Shown here one piece after another: positions 48,622 through 58,746 of a stretch of DNA of 64,000 bases. Below the pieces are notes generated by a model. The model had not been told where the DNA came from. It searched no databases and saw only the letters and a program-made list of their open reading frames with translations. This DNA is from a candidate division WWE3 bacterium RIFCSPHIGHO2_01_FULL_40_23 (lineage in GTDB: Bacteria > Patescibacteriota > WWE3 > UBA101185 > 2-01-FULL-41-18): assembly GCA_001772615.1 (NCBI GenBank), contig MEUZ01000004.1:8455-72454 (forward strand). The letters run 5' to 3'. The translations under genes and the position numbers were made by a program. The first letter of the stretch is position 1. Every line of letters begins with the position of its first letter.

Positions 48622-49176
48622 TTGATGAGAATCTCATCTGGAAGCGCGAAAAACAAAAAACTAATCGCACCAAAAATACCAGGAATCAGAATCTCCCAAG
48701 AAATAGTGAGACAAGCGGCATTCTCAATAGTAGGCAGTAAAATTAAAGATGCCATATGCCTTGACCTTTACGCAGGTTCAGGAAGCATTGGTATAGAAGC
48801 ATTAAGCAGAGGCGCGGAATGGTGCGATTTTGTTGACATAAATCCGGAAGCTTCTAAAACCATAAACGAAAATTTAAAGCATACTGATCTTTTTCTAAAA
48901 AGCCAGGTTTTTACACAGGACAGCTTAAAATATGTCTTAAACTGTCACAAAAAATATGATCTTATCTTTCTTGACCCCTATTATGACCAGATAGCTCACA
49001 AGCACATTTTTAAATCCCTCCCTGAAATTATGAACAAAGAAGGGCTTATTGTGTTTCTTCACGGAAAGGAGCTTAAGATAGATAAATATTTGGAAGACAC
49101 AGTCTTAAAATTAGGCGAGGAGAGAAGATACGGCGCAACCAACGTGTCTTTTATCTCTGTTGACACAAGCAGGTAA
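48622..49176 (+). CDS. rsmD: 16S rRNA (guanine966-N2)-methyltransferase RsmD-like
   Basis: LDLYAGSGSIGIEALSRGA SAM-binding motif and FLDPYY signature. Confidence 0.8.
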   Translation: MMRISSGSAKNKKLIAPKIPGIRISQEIVRQAAFSIVGSKIKDAICLDLYAGSGSIGIEALSRGAEWCDFVDINPEASKTINENLKHTDLFLKSQVFTQDSLKYVLNCHKKYDLIFLDPYYDQIAHKHIFKSLPEIMNKEGLIVFLHGKELKIDKYLEDTVLKLGEERRYGATNVSFISVDTSR

Positions 49177-49196
49177 AAATTTTAATATCCACTGTT

Positions 49197-49352
49197 ATGG
49201 CACCACTACCTAAAAGAAAACTAAGCAAAGGACGAAGAGGAAGAAGGAGAAACAGCTACGCAAGCACAAAGATAGTAAAGGCTGTCACGTGCAAACACTG
49301 CAAGGAGCAGAAGCTTCCGCACAGAGTTTGCGAAAACTGCGGCAAAATGTAA
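49197..49352 (+). CDS. rpmF: 50S ribosomal protein L32
   Basis: Hand-translated 51-aa ORF MAPLPKRKLSKGRRGRRRNSY..CKHC..C.NCG with the L32 zinc ribbon; too short for the ORF track. Confidence 0.85.
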   Translation: MAPLPKRKLSKGRRGRRRNSYASTKIVKAVTCKHCKEQKLPHRVCENCGKM

Positions 49353-49367
49353 AAAAGGAGCTTAATT

Positions 49368-49793
49368 ATGCCTCACACTTTTGACGCCAGGCACGAGGCT
49401 AGACGCGTTGCCCTCTCAACCATATTTTCATGGTCATTCATGTCGTCAAAAAATGAAGATCCTAAGTCTCTCGCATTAGAAGGACTTGAAGTCAGTGATT
49501 TTGATACAGAGCTCGCAAATTCAATAATTGAAGGTGTTGAAAATAATATTGATCAAATAGACAAAGTGATTATGCAGTCCGCACCTGAATGGCCGATTGA
49601 TAAAATTCCTAAAATTGACCTCGTTGCATTAAGAATTGCAGTATATGAGCTTACTATATCCAAAAGCGTGCCTCCTAAAGTTGCCATTGACGAAGCAATT
49701 GAACTTGGAAAAGAATTTGGAAGCGATTCATCACAAAAATTTGTTAATGGGGTTTTGGGCTCGGTTGTAAAACTTTATGGACTTGCGGCATAA
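49368..49793 (+). CDS. nusB: transcription antitermination factor NusB
   Basis: [51 protein letters not shown] matches NusB. Confidence 0.85.
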   Translation: MPHTFDARHEARRVALSTIFSWSFMSSKNEDPKSLALEGLEVSDFDTELANSIIEGVENNIDQIDKVIMQSAPEWPIDKIPKIDLVALRIAVYELTISKSVPPKVAIDEAIELGKEFGSDSSQKFVNGVLGSVVKLYGLAA

Positions 49794-49845
49794 TGTGGGG
49801 ATAGCACTTGTAGTCATTTATGTTTATAAATATATATAATTAAAA

Positions 49846-50085
49846 ATGGTTATGAAACAGACTTTTGAAAAAATTAAGGAGATAATTTCCGAAAAAACTG
49901 GGGTAGAAAAATCTGAAATAAAACCCGAGGCCTTTTTTATGGAAGATTTAAATATTGACGAGATGGAGCTTGCCGAAATAATAACCGAGGTTGAGGAAAT
50001 TCTTAATTTAGAACAGGATATTGACATAAAAAACATAAAATCGGTTGGCGATCTTCTTCACTCTATAAACGAGCTGACGGAGTAG
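49846..50085 (+). CDS. acyl carrier protein homolog lacking the phosphopantetheinylation serine (DSL replaced by DEM)
   Basis: Aligns to ACP helix II region FMEDLNIDEMELAEIITEVEE versus [21 protein letters not shown]; located directly upstream of rnc as acpP/acpA is in many bacteria. Confidence 0.7.
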   Translation: MVMKQTFEKIKEIISEKTGVEKSEIKPEAFFMEDLNIDEMELAEIITEVEEILNLEQDIDIKNIKSVGDLLHSINELTE

Positions 50086-50117
50086 TTTTACCTGACTTTA
50101 ATTAACTTATATTAAAT

Positions 50118-50807
50118 ATGGCTGAAAACGTGAAAAATGTTGAAAAAATTCTTGAAATAAACTTTAAAAATGAGGAACTTTTAAAGACCGCGCTTACTCA
50201 CAGATCTTATTTAAACGAGCATCCGGAATACAAAAACCCTTCAAATGAAAGGCTTGAATTTTTGGGAGATGCCGTTTTACAGTTTCTTTCGTCTAAATAC
50301 CTTTATGACATCTTCCCGAAAGCACCCGAAGGAAATTTAACGAACGTAAGAGCCGCTTTAGTCAATACAAGATCGCTTGCCGAGGAATCAAGGAGGCTTG
50401 GGTATGGAGAATACCTTTTACTATCAAACGGGGAGGAAGCATCGGGCGGAAGAGACAGAGAATACATTTTAGCAAACACTTTTGAAGCAGTTCTGGGTGC
50501 CATATATATTGAGCATGGAATAGAAAAGTGTGATGAATTTCTTAACAAAAGCTTGTTTTATAAAGTCAAATCAATAGTTGAAAACAACGCATACAAGGAC
50601 TATAAGTCCACACTTCAGGAGCTTTCACAGGCAAAGCTTTCAGAAACACCCACCTATAAGGTCCTGGAAGAAATAGGACCTGACCACAACAAAACTTTTA
50701 AAATAGGCATTTTTATTAATGATAAGAAATACGGCAGTGGAGAAGGCTCAAGCAAGCAAAAAGCCGAGCAGGCTGCTGCGAAAAACGCCCTGGACAACTG
50801 GAAATAA
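50118..50807 (+). CDS. rnc: ribonuclease III
   Basis: ERLEFLGDAVLQF RNase III signature and C-terminal dsRBD. Confidence 0.95.
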   Translation: MAENVKNVEKILEINFKNEELLKTALTHRSYLNEHPEYKNPSNERLEFLGDAVLQFLSSKYLYDIFPKAPEGNLTNVRAALVNTRSLAEESRRLGYGEYLLLSNGEEASGGRDREYILANTFEAVLGAIYIEHGIEKCDEFLNKSLFYKVKSIVENNAYKDYKSTLQELSQAKLSETPTYKVLEEIGPDHNKTFKIGIFINDKKYGSGEGSSKQKAEQAAAKNALDNWK

Positions 50808-50831
50808 CTTTGCTAACCTTTCAACCTATAT

Positions 50832-51119
50832 ATGTCTTTATCAATTAGATTATCAAAAATAGGCAAGAAAAACTCGCCTTCTTTTAGAATCGTGGTTTGT
50901 GAAACCAGATCAAAAAGAGATGGCGTTCAAAAAGATATTTTAGGGCATTTTAATCCATCAGGAACGCCTGTCCTTTTTGAATACGACAAAAAAGGAGTAG
51001 AGGATTGGGTAAAGAAAGGAGCGATAGTCAGCAGCGCGGTAAAAAAGCTAATGGAAGGAAAATATCAATTTACAAAGTATCAACCTAAAAAAACTGCTGA
51101 AACAGAAGCGAAGGTTTAA
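50832..51119 (+). CDS. rpsP: 30S ribosomal protein S16
   Basis: MSLSIRLSKIGKKNSPSFRIVV matches S16. Confidence 0.9.
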   Translation: MSLSIRLSKIGKKNSPSFRIVVCETRSKRDGVQKDILGHFNPSGTPVLFEYDKKGVEDWVKKGAIVSSAVKKLMEGKYQFTKYQPKKTAETEAKV

Positions 51120-51121
51120 AT

Positions 51122-51370
51122 ATGAAAGAATTTCTTGAATTTCTCGTCAAGGGAATTGTTAAAAAAGAAGGTGATATAGTTATAGAAGAAGAAAGGAACC
51201 CAGATAATATTATAAATTTAAAACTCAAGGTGGATAAGGAGGATATGGGGATTGTCATTGGGAAAGAAGGCAAAACAATCAAAAGCCTAAGAAATCTCCT
51301 AAAAGCCAAAGCCATAAGAGAAAATGTGAGAGTCAATCTAGAACTCATCGATTTGAGAACTGAAGATTAA
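51122..51370 (+). CDS. KH-domain RNA-binding protein (YlqC/UPF0109-like)
   Basis: GIVIGKEGKTIKSLRNLL KH GXXG loop; canonical position after rpsP. Confidence 0.85.
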   Translation: MKEFLEFLVKGIVKKEGDIVIEEERNPDNIINLKLKVDKEDMGIVIGKEGKTIKSLRNLLKAKAIRENVRVNLELIDLRTED

Positions 51371-51468
51371 TACTGCTGATAAAAAACTTTAATCCTTGCC
51401 TATCCTACATAAATTTATAACAATCTTAAAACCCTCTCCATAGAGAACATAGTATCTATGCAACTTAA

Positions 51469-52161
51469 TTGCTGTGGGATAGAATATATGGAGTGAAAAA
51501 AGTTGCTTTAATTTTAAGTATACTTCTATTGGCTAGTATTTTGATGCTTATCTTTTTCAAGGTTCCTCTATTTGGAACCAGGCGTTCAACTAAACTTGAA
51601 ACTTTCAAAGATCTTTTTGACTATCTTCCAGAAAAAAGCGAGGTAAAGACTGACTTCAACTGCAAAATGAGATCTGGCGTAGCACGGCTTTCAAACGCTG
51701 ATGACAGCTCATACACACTTGAAAAACATAAAGACAGCTTCGCACCCAGCAAAGGATTATGTAATCCAGATGTTTATGAATCCTCTCCCAGTTCTTCGAT
51801 TTCAGATCTAACAAAGGTGTCAAACTTTGTTTATTTTCAAGTTTTAAGCTGTAATGAGGAATACAGCGGGTATTGCAATAAAATGGTTAAAGGGAAAATT
51901 AAGATATTGGGACAAAACTATATCAGGGTAGAGCTTGAAAATGGGGAACAGGCTGATTTATTATTGTCTAAAGTGACTAAAGAGACACCAACTTCTAAAG
52001 AAAACGCAGTCAAAAAGCTAGGCCTAGGACTTAAGGAGGGTTCCAACATAGTTTTTATATACCATAATAGCTACAATCCGAAAAAATATGAAAGTGAAGG
52101 AAAAGAGATTATACTCTTTGATGATCCGTCTTATCTAATTTACTTAGGTTTAGTAAAATAG
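51469..52161 (+). CDS. hypothetical secreted protein
   Basis: 230-aa ORF with signal anchor. Confidence 0.4.
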   Translation: MLWDRIYGVKKVALILSILLLASILMLIFFKVPLFGTRRSTKLETFKDLFDYLPEKSEVKTDFNCKMRSGVARLSNADDSSYTLEKHKDSFAPSKGLCNPDVYESSPSSSISDLTKVSNFVYFQVLSCNEEYSGYCNKMVKGKIKILGQNYIRVELENGEQADLLLSKVTKETPTSKENAVKKLGLGLKEGSNIVFIYHNSYNPKKYESEGKEIILFDDPSYLIYLGLVK

Positions 52162-52164
52162 CTT

Positions 52165-54858
52165 ATGTGGAGACTTAACAAACTTCTACTTTTCATAACA
52201 GCAATGTTAGTTTCTTTGTCAGTATTCTTTTTTTCTACATCCTCGGTAAAGGCTGACTGCCCAGAAGCATGCGTCCGCGAGGACAGCGGATGCGGTGGTC
52301 AAAGCTGGACAAGGTGTTCTACCAATAACCCATTTGACCCTGATGAAACAGCTATTTTTTGTTGCTTTGGTGGATGCAATGGCGATTGCGGCTTTGATGG
52401 GGGATGCTGCGGAGGTGGGGGCGGTTGTACAAGCTCGGGGCCGGGTGCGCCAACTAACCTTGATGTAAATCCGAAATTTGCAGCAGGCGGCTATAATCAA
52501 GTAGCCAGTGCGACTGCAACTCTTTCTTGGACGAGCGGGGGGTGGGGGAACAACTGTGACGGAAACGTTAAAAGCTACAGCGTGTACTACACAAGAGTAG
52601 CGCTTTCTTCATCCTGTCCGGCAATTGATCCTGTAAATGATGCAGGATACACACTTCTTGGTACCAACAACGACCCTGATCCAAACAGCGACTCAAATGA
52701 CCCCGGCACAGCCATGAATATTGGGAGCAGTTTAACCCAGGACACCTGCTGGTATGTAAAGGCATCAAATTACGGGAGCGCAAGGGGAGGCCCTGCGAGA
52801 TTTCATGCCCCAAGGACAGCAAATTGTTTCAATCTCACGGGAACAACTCAAGTATATGTAGGTACCCCATATGTTTACACCGCAGGTTACTCAAATTCCA
52901 ACGGGCCGCTGACAAGAGGAGGTATGGAGCTCTACAATAACGCTTCTGTATGCAGTTCACTTTGGTCTCCCGTGACCGTCGAACCTATTCCTCCCGGAAA
53001 CTATAGCTTTACATGGACACCGACCTCGCAAGGAAACTACACACTTTACTGCAGAGCTTGGAATGACGGCGTTGCCGAATGCAGAGGCGCGTGTTATTCA
53101 AATACAACAAACCCGTATAGATGTGACGGCTCAAGAGGCGGGGGAGGGGGCACTTACGTCACGATCTGTACACTTCCACAACCCCCTACAAACCTACAAC
53201 CTGTTAATGGGGCCTCCTTGACTTGTGAAACAAGTGTAACTTTATCCTGGTCACCGTCACCCGGTGCAACTAATTACGTTGTACAAATGACCGACACAAC
53301 AACGGGCGCCACTGTTCTTGACATTAATACAACCGGCTTATCACAATCAGTAAGTTCGTTAACTCCCAGCCACAACTACACTTGGAGAGTCAGACCGGTT
53401 AATGCATGCGGAATCGGGTGGGCAAGTGAAAGGTCTTCAAGCTTTACGATAAACGGCTGCACGGTATCTATCCAGGGAAATATTCATGAAAAATATGCTA
53501 CTGAAGCCTGTTCGTCGGCCCCTACCACAAGAGGGGTTGCCGACCAATCCGATGACTATGTACAAAAAACCGACCAGCCAACTTTCCAGGGTTCCATATC
53601 TTCACCCTCCGGAAGCTACACCATTACAAATGTACCTTACACAATTAGTCAAACTGGAGTTGTCTGTCCTGTTAACATAGAGCCCTCTTCACCCGGATTT
53701 TCCAGATACAGATTGGTATGTATAAACAGCCAGAACGCGGCTTCAGCAACGGGATGGACTCAAACAGGAAACTGCGCACAGTCAGGCTCTGTTTTTACAC
53801 AGGCCGCTAACGGCACGTCACTATCGCTCGATTTAGGCTATGAGTCTGTTTCCTCCGGGTGGTTCCAAACCCTTCTCGGAGATATATTCTCAAACTGCGA
53901 CTATGACACGTCTTGCTCCTACGGACTTATTAACGGAGTTCCAAGTAGTGCGGGTACTTATGACGCTCTTCCCTACACTGCAGACAATAACGATACAGGC
54001 CTTACTCCATTATCAGGCAGTACCAGGGGCGGAATTTATGGGATTCTCATTTCCAGAGCGCCCGTAGTTGCTAAAACTTCAGACGGGGACAATAGGACAG
54101 GGTATGGCATGGCTACAACCACCGCTCCAACAACACAACCTCCTTATTTTATAGAAAAGTATCAGGATTGGAGTCAATTCACTTGGCCTGCAACAGTTGA
54201 CTTTATACCTCCTGAAGGCGCTACAACAATCACAAGCTCAACAACACCAAACTGCACAAGTTTCGGAACTTCGGCCGTAGGCGGAGACGTTTACAGAATG
54301 GATATTGCATGTGCACAAAGCTTTGTTAATAGTCTTTCGGGAACTACTTATAATTGGCCGACAGATGGCACTGTAGTCTTATACGTTACCGGTGCATCAA
54401 GCACGCCGCTTAATATACAGAACATGGTAAGAACAATAGGCTTTAATGACAGGCTCATACTAATTGTTAATGGTACAGTTTCTATAAGCAGCTCCATTAA
54501 TACATGGAACGGCGCTCCTCCACCTTCCGCATTTCCAACATTTAACTCGGATCCTATGATTGACGCTACCATAATTGCTCAAGGAAGCTCATCAGGCGGA
54601 ATTGGTTTTACTTGCATCGGCGGTATTGGGGGCTGTAATGGAACTGACGGTTCAATCCTTGTGAACGGGTCTCTACTTGCAAGAGACGGCGGTATAATTT
54701 TCAGAAGGGACAGGGGGCAAATAAATAATCAATACCCTGCTGAAATCGTAAGGTATAAACTAAGAGAAATAATTGATCTAACAACCACCGAGATAACATC
54801 AAGTGTTCCTAACAAAACCGGACTTTTTGAGTATAGCGTTAGCTTTGAGGTCAGATAA
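52165..54858 (+). CDS. large secreted protein with Cys/Gly-rich N-terminal module and fibronectin type III-like domains
   Basis: Signal peptide; CCFGGCNGDCGFDGGCCGGGGGC; FN3-like segment PTNLQP..SVTLSWSPSPGATNYVVQ..YTWRVRPVN. Confidence 0.55.
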   Translation: MWRLNKLLLFITAMLVSLSVFFFSTSSVKADCPEACVREDSGCGGQSWTRCSTNNPFDPDETAIFCCFGGCNGDCGFDGGCCGGGGGCTSSGPGAPTNLDVNPKFAAGGYNQVASATATLSWTSGGWGNNCDGNVKSYSVYYTRVALSSSCPAIDPVNDAGYTLLGTNNDPDPNSDSNDPGTAMNIGSSLTQDTCWYVKASNYGSARGGPARFHAPRTANCFNLTGTTQVYVGTPYVYTAGYSNSNGPLTRGGMELYNNASVCSSLWSPVTVEPIPPGNYSFTWTPTSQGNYTLYCRAWNDGVAECRGACYSNTTNPYRCDGSRGGGGGTYVTICTLPQPPTNLQPVNGASLTCETSVTLSWSPSPGATNYVVQMTDTTTGATVLDINTTGLSQSVSSLTPSHNYTWRVRPVNACGIGWASERSSSFTINGCTVSIQGNIHEKYATEACSSAPTTRGVADQSDDYVQKTDQPTFQGSISSPSGSYTITNVPYTISQTGVVCPVNIEPSSPGFSRYRLVCINSQNAASATGWTQTGNCAQSGSVFTQAANGTSLSLDLGYESVSSGWFQTLLGDIFSNCDYDTSCSYGLINGVPSSAGTYDALPYTADNNDTGLTPLSGSTRGGIYGILISRAPVVAKTSDGDNRTGYGMATTTAPTTQPPYFIEKYQDWSQFTWPATVDFIPPEGATTITSSTTPNCTSFGTSAVGGDVYRMDIACAQSFVNSLSGTTYNWPTDGTVVLYVTGASSTPLNIQNMVRTIGFNDRLILIVNGTVSISSSINTWNGAPPPSAFPTFNSDPMIDATIIAQGSSSGGIGFTCIGGIGGCNGTDGSILVNGSLLARDGGIIFRRDRGQINNQYPAEIVRYKLREIIDLTTTEITSSVPNKTGLFEYSVSFEVR

Positions 54859-54863
54859 AGATT

Positions 54864-55784
54864 ATGAAAAGATTAAAAGAATTTAAAGAATCGGGGCAGA
54901 CACTGATATTTGTTCTTCTAGTGATGACAATCGCTCTTGCTGTTGGCATATCAATATCAACAAGAACAATTTCGGGCGTCAGGCGAACTACAAACATAGA
55001 TTCATCTGTCAGAGCCCAAGCAGCCGCTGAAGCCGCTATTGAATATTATCTCTCACGACCCGTTTCAGAGCTAAACGGCATCATAGGCAATAGTGACGTG
55101 TATGACTGCAGTGCAACCGGTGCAAGAACTTATCCGCCAGGGGGTGGATCCCTTACTTCTTCTCAAGATCAAATTAGAGCAACAGCAGATGTAGTTATTA
55201 GTAGGTATGGATGCCTTGGTTATAATACACTTTCAGATCCATATGAACTTCCAAGAGATGGCATGCTTGAAATAAAGCTAGACCCAAGAATGCTAGGGGA
55301 CAGTACAAGCTCAACTTTGGGTAGCTCCCAGAGCATAAGAATCTGCTGGGATCTTCCTCCAACAGGCTACAACCCGGCAATTTATTACCACTACATATTC
55401 GGACCACCCCCACATTATTTGATTCAAAAGATGGGGTGGAGATATAACTCAACAGATGAGGGTGAAAACTTCAAGGTAGCTACAAATTACGGCGCACCGG
55501 ACGGTTACTGCGCCACACAGGAGCTAACAACCTCGACAAGCGGCTGGCTTCCAAGAGTCTTAAGGATTACAAGCCTTTATAACTCTTCCACTGTCCGAGT
55601 TAAGATGATAAACAGTGGTGGAAGACTCCCATATCAAGGTTTTATCATTTCAGCAACGGGGATAGTCGGCGAATCGCAACAAGGAGCAAGAAGAGTAATA
55701 GAAGCGAGAAGAAGCCTTCCCCAACTCCCAGTGTTATTCAACTTCGGCTTATATTCAGGCTCTCAAACGGCACCTGTTCAGTAA
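54864..55784 (+). CDS. PilX-like minor pilin/pseudopilin (N-terminal PilX_N-type hydrophobic segment)
   Basis: GQTLIFVLLVMTIALAVGISIST N-terminus; paralog of 60354..61163. Confidence 0.5.
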   Translation: MKRLKEFKESGQTLIFVLLVMTIALAVGISISTRTISGVRRTTNIDSSVRAQAAAEAAIEYYLSRPVSELNGIIGNSDVYDCSATGARTYPPGGGSLTSSQDQIRATADVVISRYGCLGYNTLSDPYELPRDGMLEIKLDPRMLGDSTSSTLGSSQSIRICWDLPPTGYNPAIYYHYIFGPPPHYLIQKMGWRYNSTDEGENFKVATNYGAPDGYCATQELTTSTSGWLPRVLRITSLYNSSTVRVKMINSGGRLPYQGFIISATGIVGESQQGARRVIEARRSLPQLPVLFNFGLYSGSQTAPVQ

Positions 55785-55804
55785 ATTCTGATATAATTTC
55801 TCTA

Positions 55805-57706
55805 ATGAAAAAGTCGCTTGCCCTTTTTTTCATCTTTCTCCTTTTGCTTGAAATCAACATGATTTTTAAAAGCAAAAGATATTCAAGAGCCGATTCTGAC
55901 ACAACGCCGCCGACATCAACACTTTCTCAAATCCCCTCTTCTCCGGACGGGACAAATGATTGGTATGTTTCCCCAATTGACTTCACAATAACCGCAGACG
56001 ATCTTGAATCAGGTGTAAGATCTATAAGCTATAAGCTTGATTCAGACGACGTTCAAACTCAAATCTTTAATAACACCCTTAACCTTGTTCAAAACCCAAG
56101 TTTTGAGGAGGCGGGGACTCCGGTTAACCTTTGGGATAAAACAAATGACGATATCAACGCGGTATTCACACAAGATTCCATAGCGGCGCCCTCATTTGGT
56201 ACCAAATCGGCCAAGATTAGCGCAACCACGGGTACATGGAACGGTTATAACAACAGAAATAACTTTGCGGTCGCAACTTCCAATGAAAATATGACCTCAA
56301 GCCTATGGATAAAAACACAAAACGTAAACCTGCAGGTAAATTATAAAATTTATGCAGTCTACACGGGCATGGGAGGCAGTGAACAAACACAGTTAATAGC
56401 TGCAACCTCCGACATTTCAGGAACAAATGATTGGCAGAAACTCACTTTGAATTTTGTTGTAAATGTTGACAATGCTATAGGAGTTTATATGGACATGGGA
56501 ATTAAGGGGAGCGGGAGCGCGTGGTTTGACGGGGCTTCAATTACTTCAGCCTTTACACAGCCCTCGGTTGAGTTTGTGGTTTCTTCAAACGGAAGCCACA
56601 CCCTTGAATACTACAGCACCGATAACGCAGGGAACGAAGAAACCCACCAAACTACAACCTTTAAAATAGACACAAAGGCCCCAAGCCGCTTCACAAACTT
56701 TACAATTACACAAGCGGGAAACGACCATACGTTTATCGTTTCAATAAGCGTTACCGATAATACATCAGGTCTTGATACGGGAACGGCGCAGTTTCAGTAC
56801 TCGGTTGATGAAGGTGTAACATGGGGCTATTATTCTGATTTCTCAAACTGCAACTCTACTTTTACAGAGGATTGGACTAACGGCTCCACAAACCCGTCAA
56901 CATCAGGGACAAAAAACACAATTATCTCAACCCCCGCCATCGACTTTTGCAATAACAACTGGGCAGTCACCAAAAAAATCAGATTTAAAATAAAGGATCT
57001 TGCTGGAAACCAGGGCCAAAGCGCGGATTTTACAATCAATGGGGCGTGGATAGAAGTAGTAAACGGTGATATTTTCGCAAATGAGGGTATATCAATGCAG
57101 TCAAGTTCTAAGATCACTTATCTCGCAGGAGCCGTAGACGGCATATCAAACATAACTTCAACAAACAATTGGTTCCTTGAAGATTATGAAGCAATGGATT
57201 TTAGCACTTATGATGAATGGTACGCGAAAAACCCAACAACTACAGCTTTGCCTGCAGGCAAGCTCCCAACAACAAGCGGATCTTACAGAGTAAACAGCGA
57301 TTTCACAATCGCAAGTACTACTGTTCCTAACGGCCTGGATGATGTGCAAGATCTTTCGGGTTTAATCTATGTAAACGGTGATTTAAACATTAACTCTAAT
57401 TATGAGCTTCATGATACAAGCGGAATAATATTTATTGTAAAAGGTGACATTACGGTAAATAGCGCAGTTTCGTCAATTGATGGGTTCTTTATTACCGACG
57501 CTTTATTTGACCTTACAGGAGGAAACACACAAATAGATATTTTCGGGGGAGTACAGGCGGATGAATACAACATGAAAAGGTCTTTAAGCGGAAATCAGAA
57601 CTCAACAACACCCGCTCAAATCTTTACATATAAACCGAAATATCTTATTGTAGGTAAGAATCAACTTACAACAAATTCAGATGTAACATGGTTGGAAGTT
57701 AAATAA
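55805..57706 (+). CDS. large hypothetical secreted protein
   Basis: 633-aa ORF with signal peptide, beta-rich, Thr/Asn-rich. Confidence 0.45.
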   Translation: MKKSLALFFIFLLLLEINMIFKSKRYSRADSDTTPPTSTLSQIPSSPDGTNDWYVSPIDFTITADDLESGVRSISYKLDSDDVQTQIFNNTLNLVQNPSFEEAGTPVNLWDKTNDDINAVFTQDSIAAPSFGTKSAKISATTGTWNGYNNRNNFAVATSNENMTSSLWIKTQNVNLQVNYKIYAVYTGMGGSEQTQLIAATSDISGTNDWQKLTLNFVVNVDNAIGVYMDMGIKGSGSAWFDGASITSAFTQPSVEFVVSSNGSHTLEYYSTDNAGNEETHQTTTFKIDTKAPSRFTNFTITQAGNDHTFIVSISVTDNTSGLDTGTAQFQYSVDEGVTWGYYSDFSNCNSTFTEDWTNGSTNPSTSGTKNTIISTPAIDFCNNNWAVTKKIRFKIKDLAGNQGQSADFTINGAWIEVVNGDIFANEGISMQSSSKITYLAGAVDGISNITSTNNWFLEDYEAMDFSTYDEWYAKNPTTTALPAGKLPTTSGSYRVNSDFTIASTTVPNGLDDVQDLSGLIYVNGDLNINSNYELHDTSGIIFIVKGDITVNSAVSSIDGFFITDALFDLTGGNTQIDIFGGVQADEYNMKRSLSGNQNSTTPAQIFTYKPKYLIVGKNQLTTNSDVTWLEVK

Positions 57707-57713
57707 CTGCCTT

Positions 57714-58745
57714 ATGAATGTAGTTGGTCTTGATCTTGGAATCAGAAATTTCAAAGCAATAGAAATAAAAAAAGAAAAGGGAATGGCGGAACTTGTCAGA
57801 TATGGTATAAGCGAAACTATTCCCGCTAATCTTTTGTCGGAAACTAAAGAAGAACTTGAGAAATATTCCAAGGAACTTCTTTTATTCTTTAATGAATCCG
57901 GTTTTTCCACCCCCAATGTTATAGTTGCACTTCCCGAAACAAGCGTCTTCACTAGAATTATTACGGTGCCAAAAATGAGTGAAAAAGAACTTAAAAGTGC
58001 AATGATGTTTGAAGCCGAGCAATATATACCCCTTCCATTAAAAGAAGTTAACTTTGACTTTCAGATTTTAAATGATGACACAGTTGACAAAGGAAATATG
58101 AGCGTTCTTCTTGTAGCGGCGGCAAAAACTCTCATTAATAAATATATAAAAATTTTAAAAGATGCTAAACTTACACCTGTCGGACTTGAACCTGAAACAT
58201 TATCTCTTGCAAGAATAGTGGGGGATAAAATAGACCAACCCAACCCCTCAATAATTGTCAGCATTGACTCAAATGTAACAAACATTATCGTCACCTATAA
58301 AGGAATTGTAAGGTTTACAAGAAGCATTTCAACAGGCGGGGACGCTCTCACAAGAGCCGTAGCGCAGGGCCTCGGGTTTGATTTTACACAAGCCGAGGAA
58401 TATAAAAAAACTTACGGTCTTGACTCTTCACAGGTTGACGGCAAAGTATTTAGCGCCATAAAACCCGTCTTTGACATAATTTTAAATGAGATCAGAAGAG
58501 CCTATTACTTCTATACAACACATAATACTGATGTTAATATTAGAAGAGTAGTAGTTTGCGGAGGAACTGCCCTGATGCCGGGACTTCTTTTTTACCTGAC
58601 AACAAACCTCAACCTTGAAGTTGAACTTGCCAACCCATGGCAGAAAATCACAATTCCAGGAAAATTTATTAAAGAAAGGCAAAATTTAATGGAAAGAGGC
58701 CCTTTCTTTGTAACATCCATTGGTTTAGCATTAAAGGAAGATTAA
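57714..58745 (+). CDS. pilM: type IV pilus assembly protein PilM (actin-like ATPase fold)
   Basis: MNVVGLDLGIRNFKAIEI N-terminal phosphate-1 motif and PilM-length actin fold, followed by PilN/PilO-like genes. Confidence 0.85.
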   Translation: MNVVGLDLGIRNFKAIEIKKEKGMAELVRYGISETIPANLLSETKEELEKYSKELLLFFNESGFSTPNVIVALPETSVFTRIITVPKMSEKELKSAMMFEAEQYIPLPLKEVNFDFQILNDDTVDKGNMSVLLVAAAKTLINKYIKILKDAKLTPVGLEPETLSLARIVGDKIDQPNPSIIVSIDSNVTNIIVTYKGIVRFTRSISTGGDALTRAVAQGLGFDFTQAEEYKKTYGLDSSQVDGKVFSAIKPVFDIILNEIRRAYYFYTTHNTDVNIRRVVVCGGTALMPGLLFYLTTNLNLEVELANPWQKITIPGKFIKERQNLMERGPFFVTSIGLALKED

Positions 58746-58746
58746 A

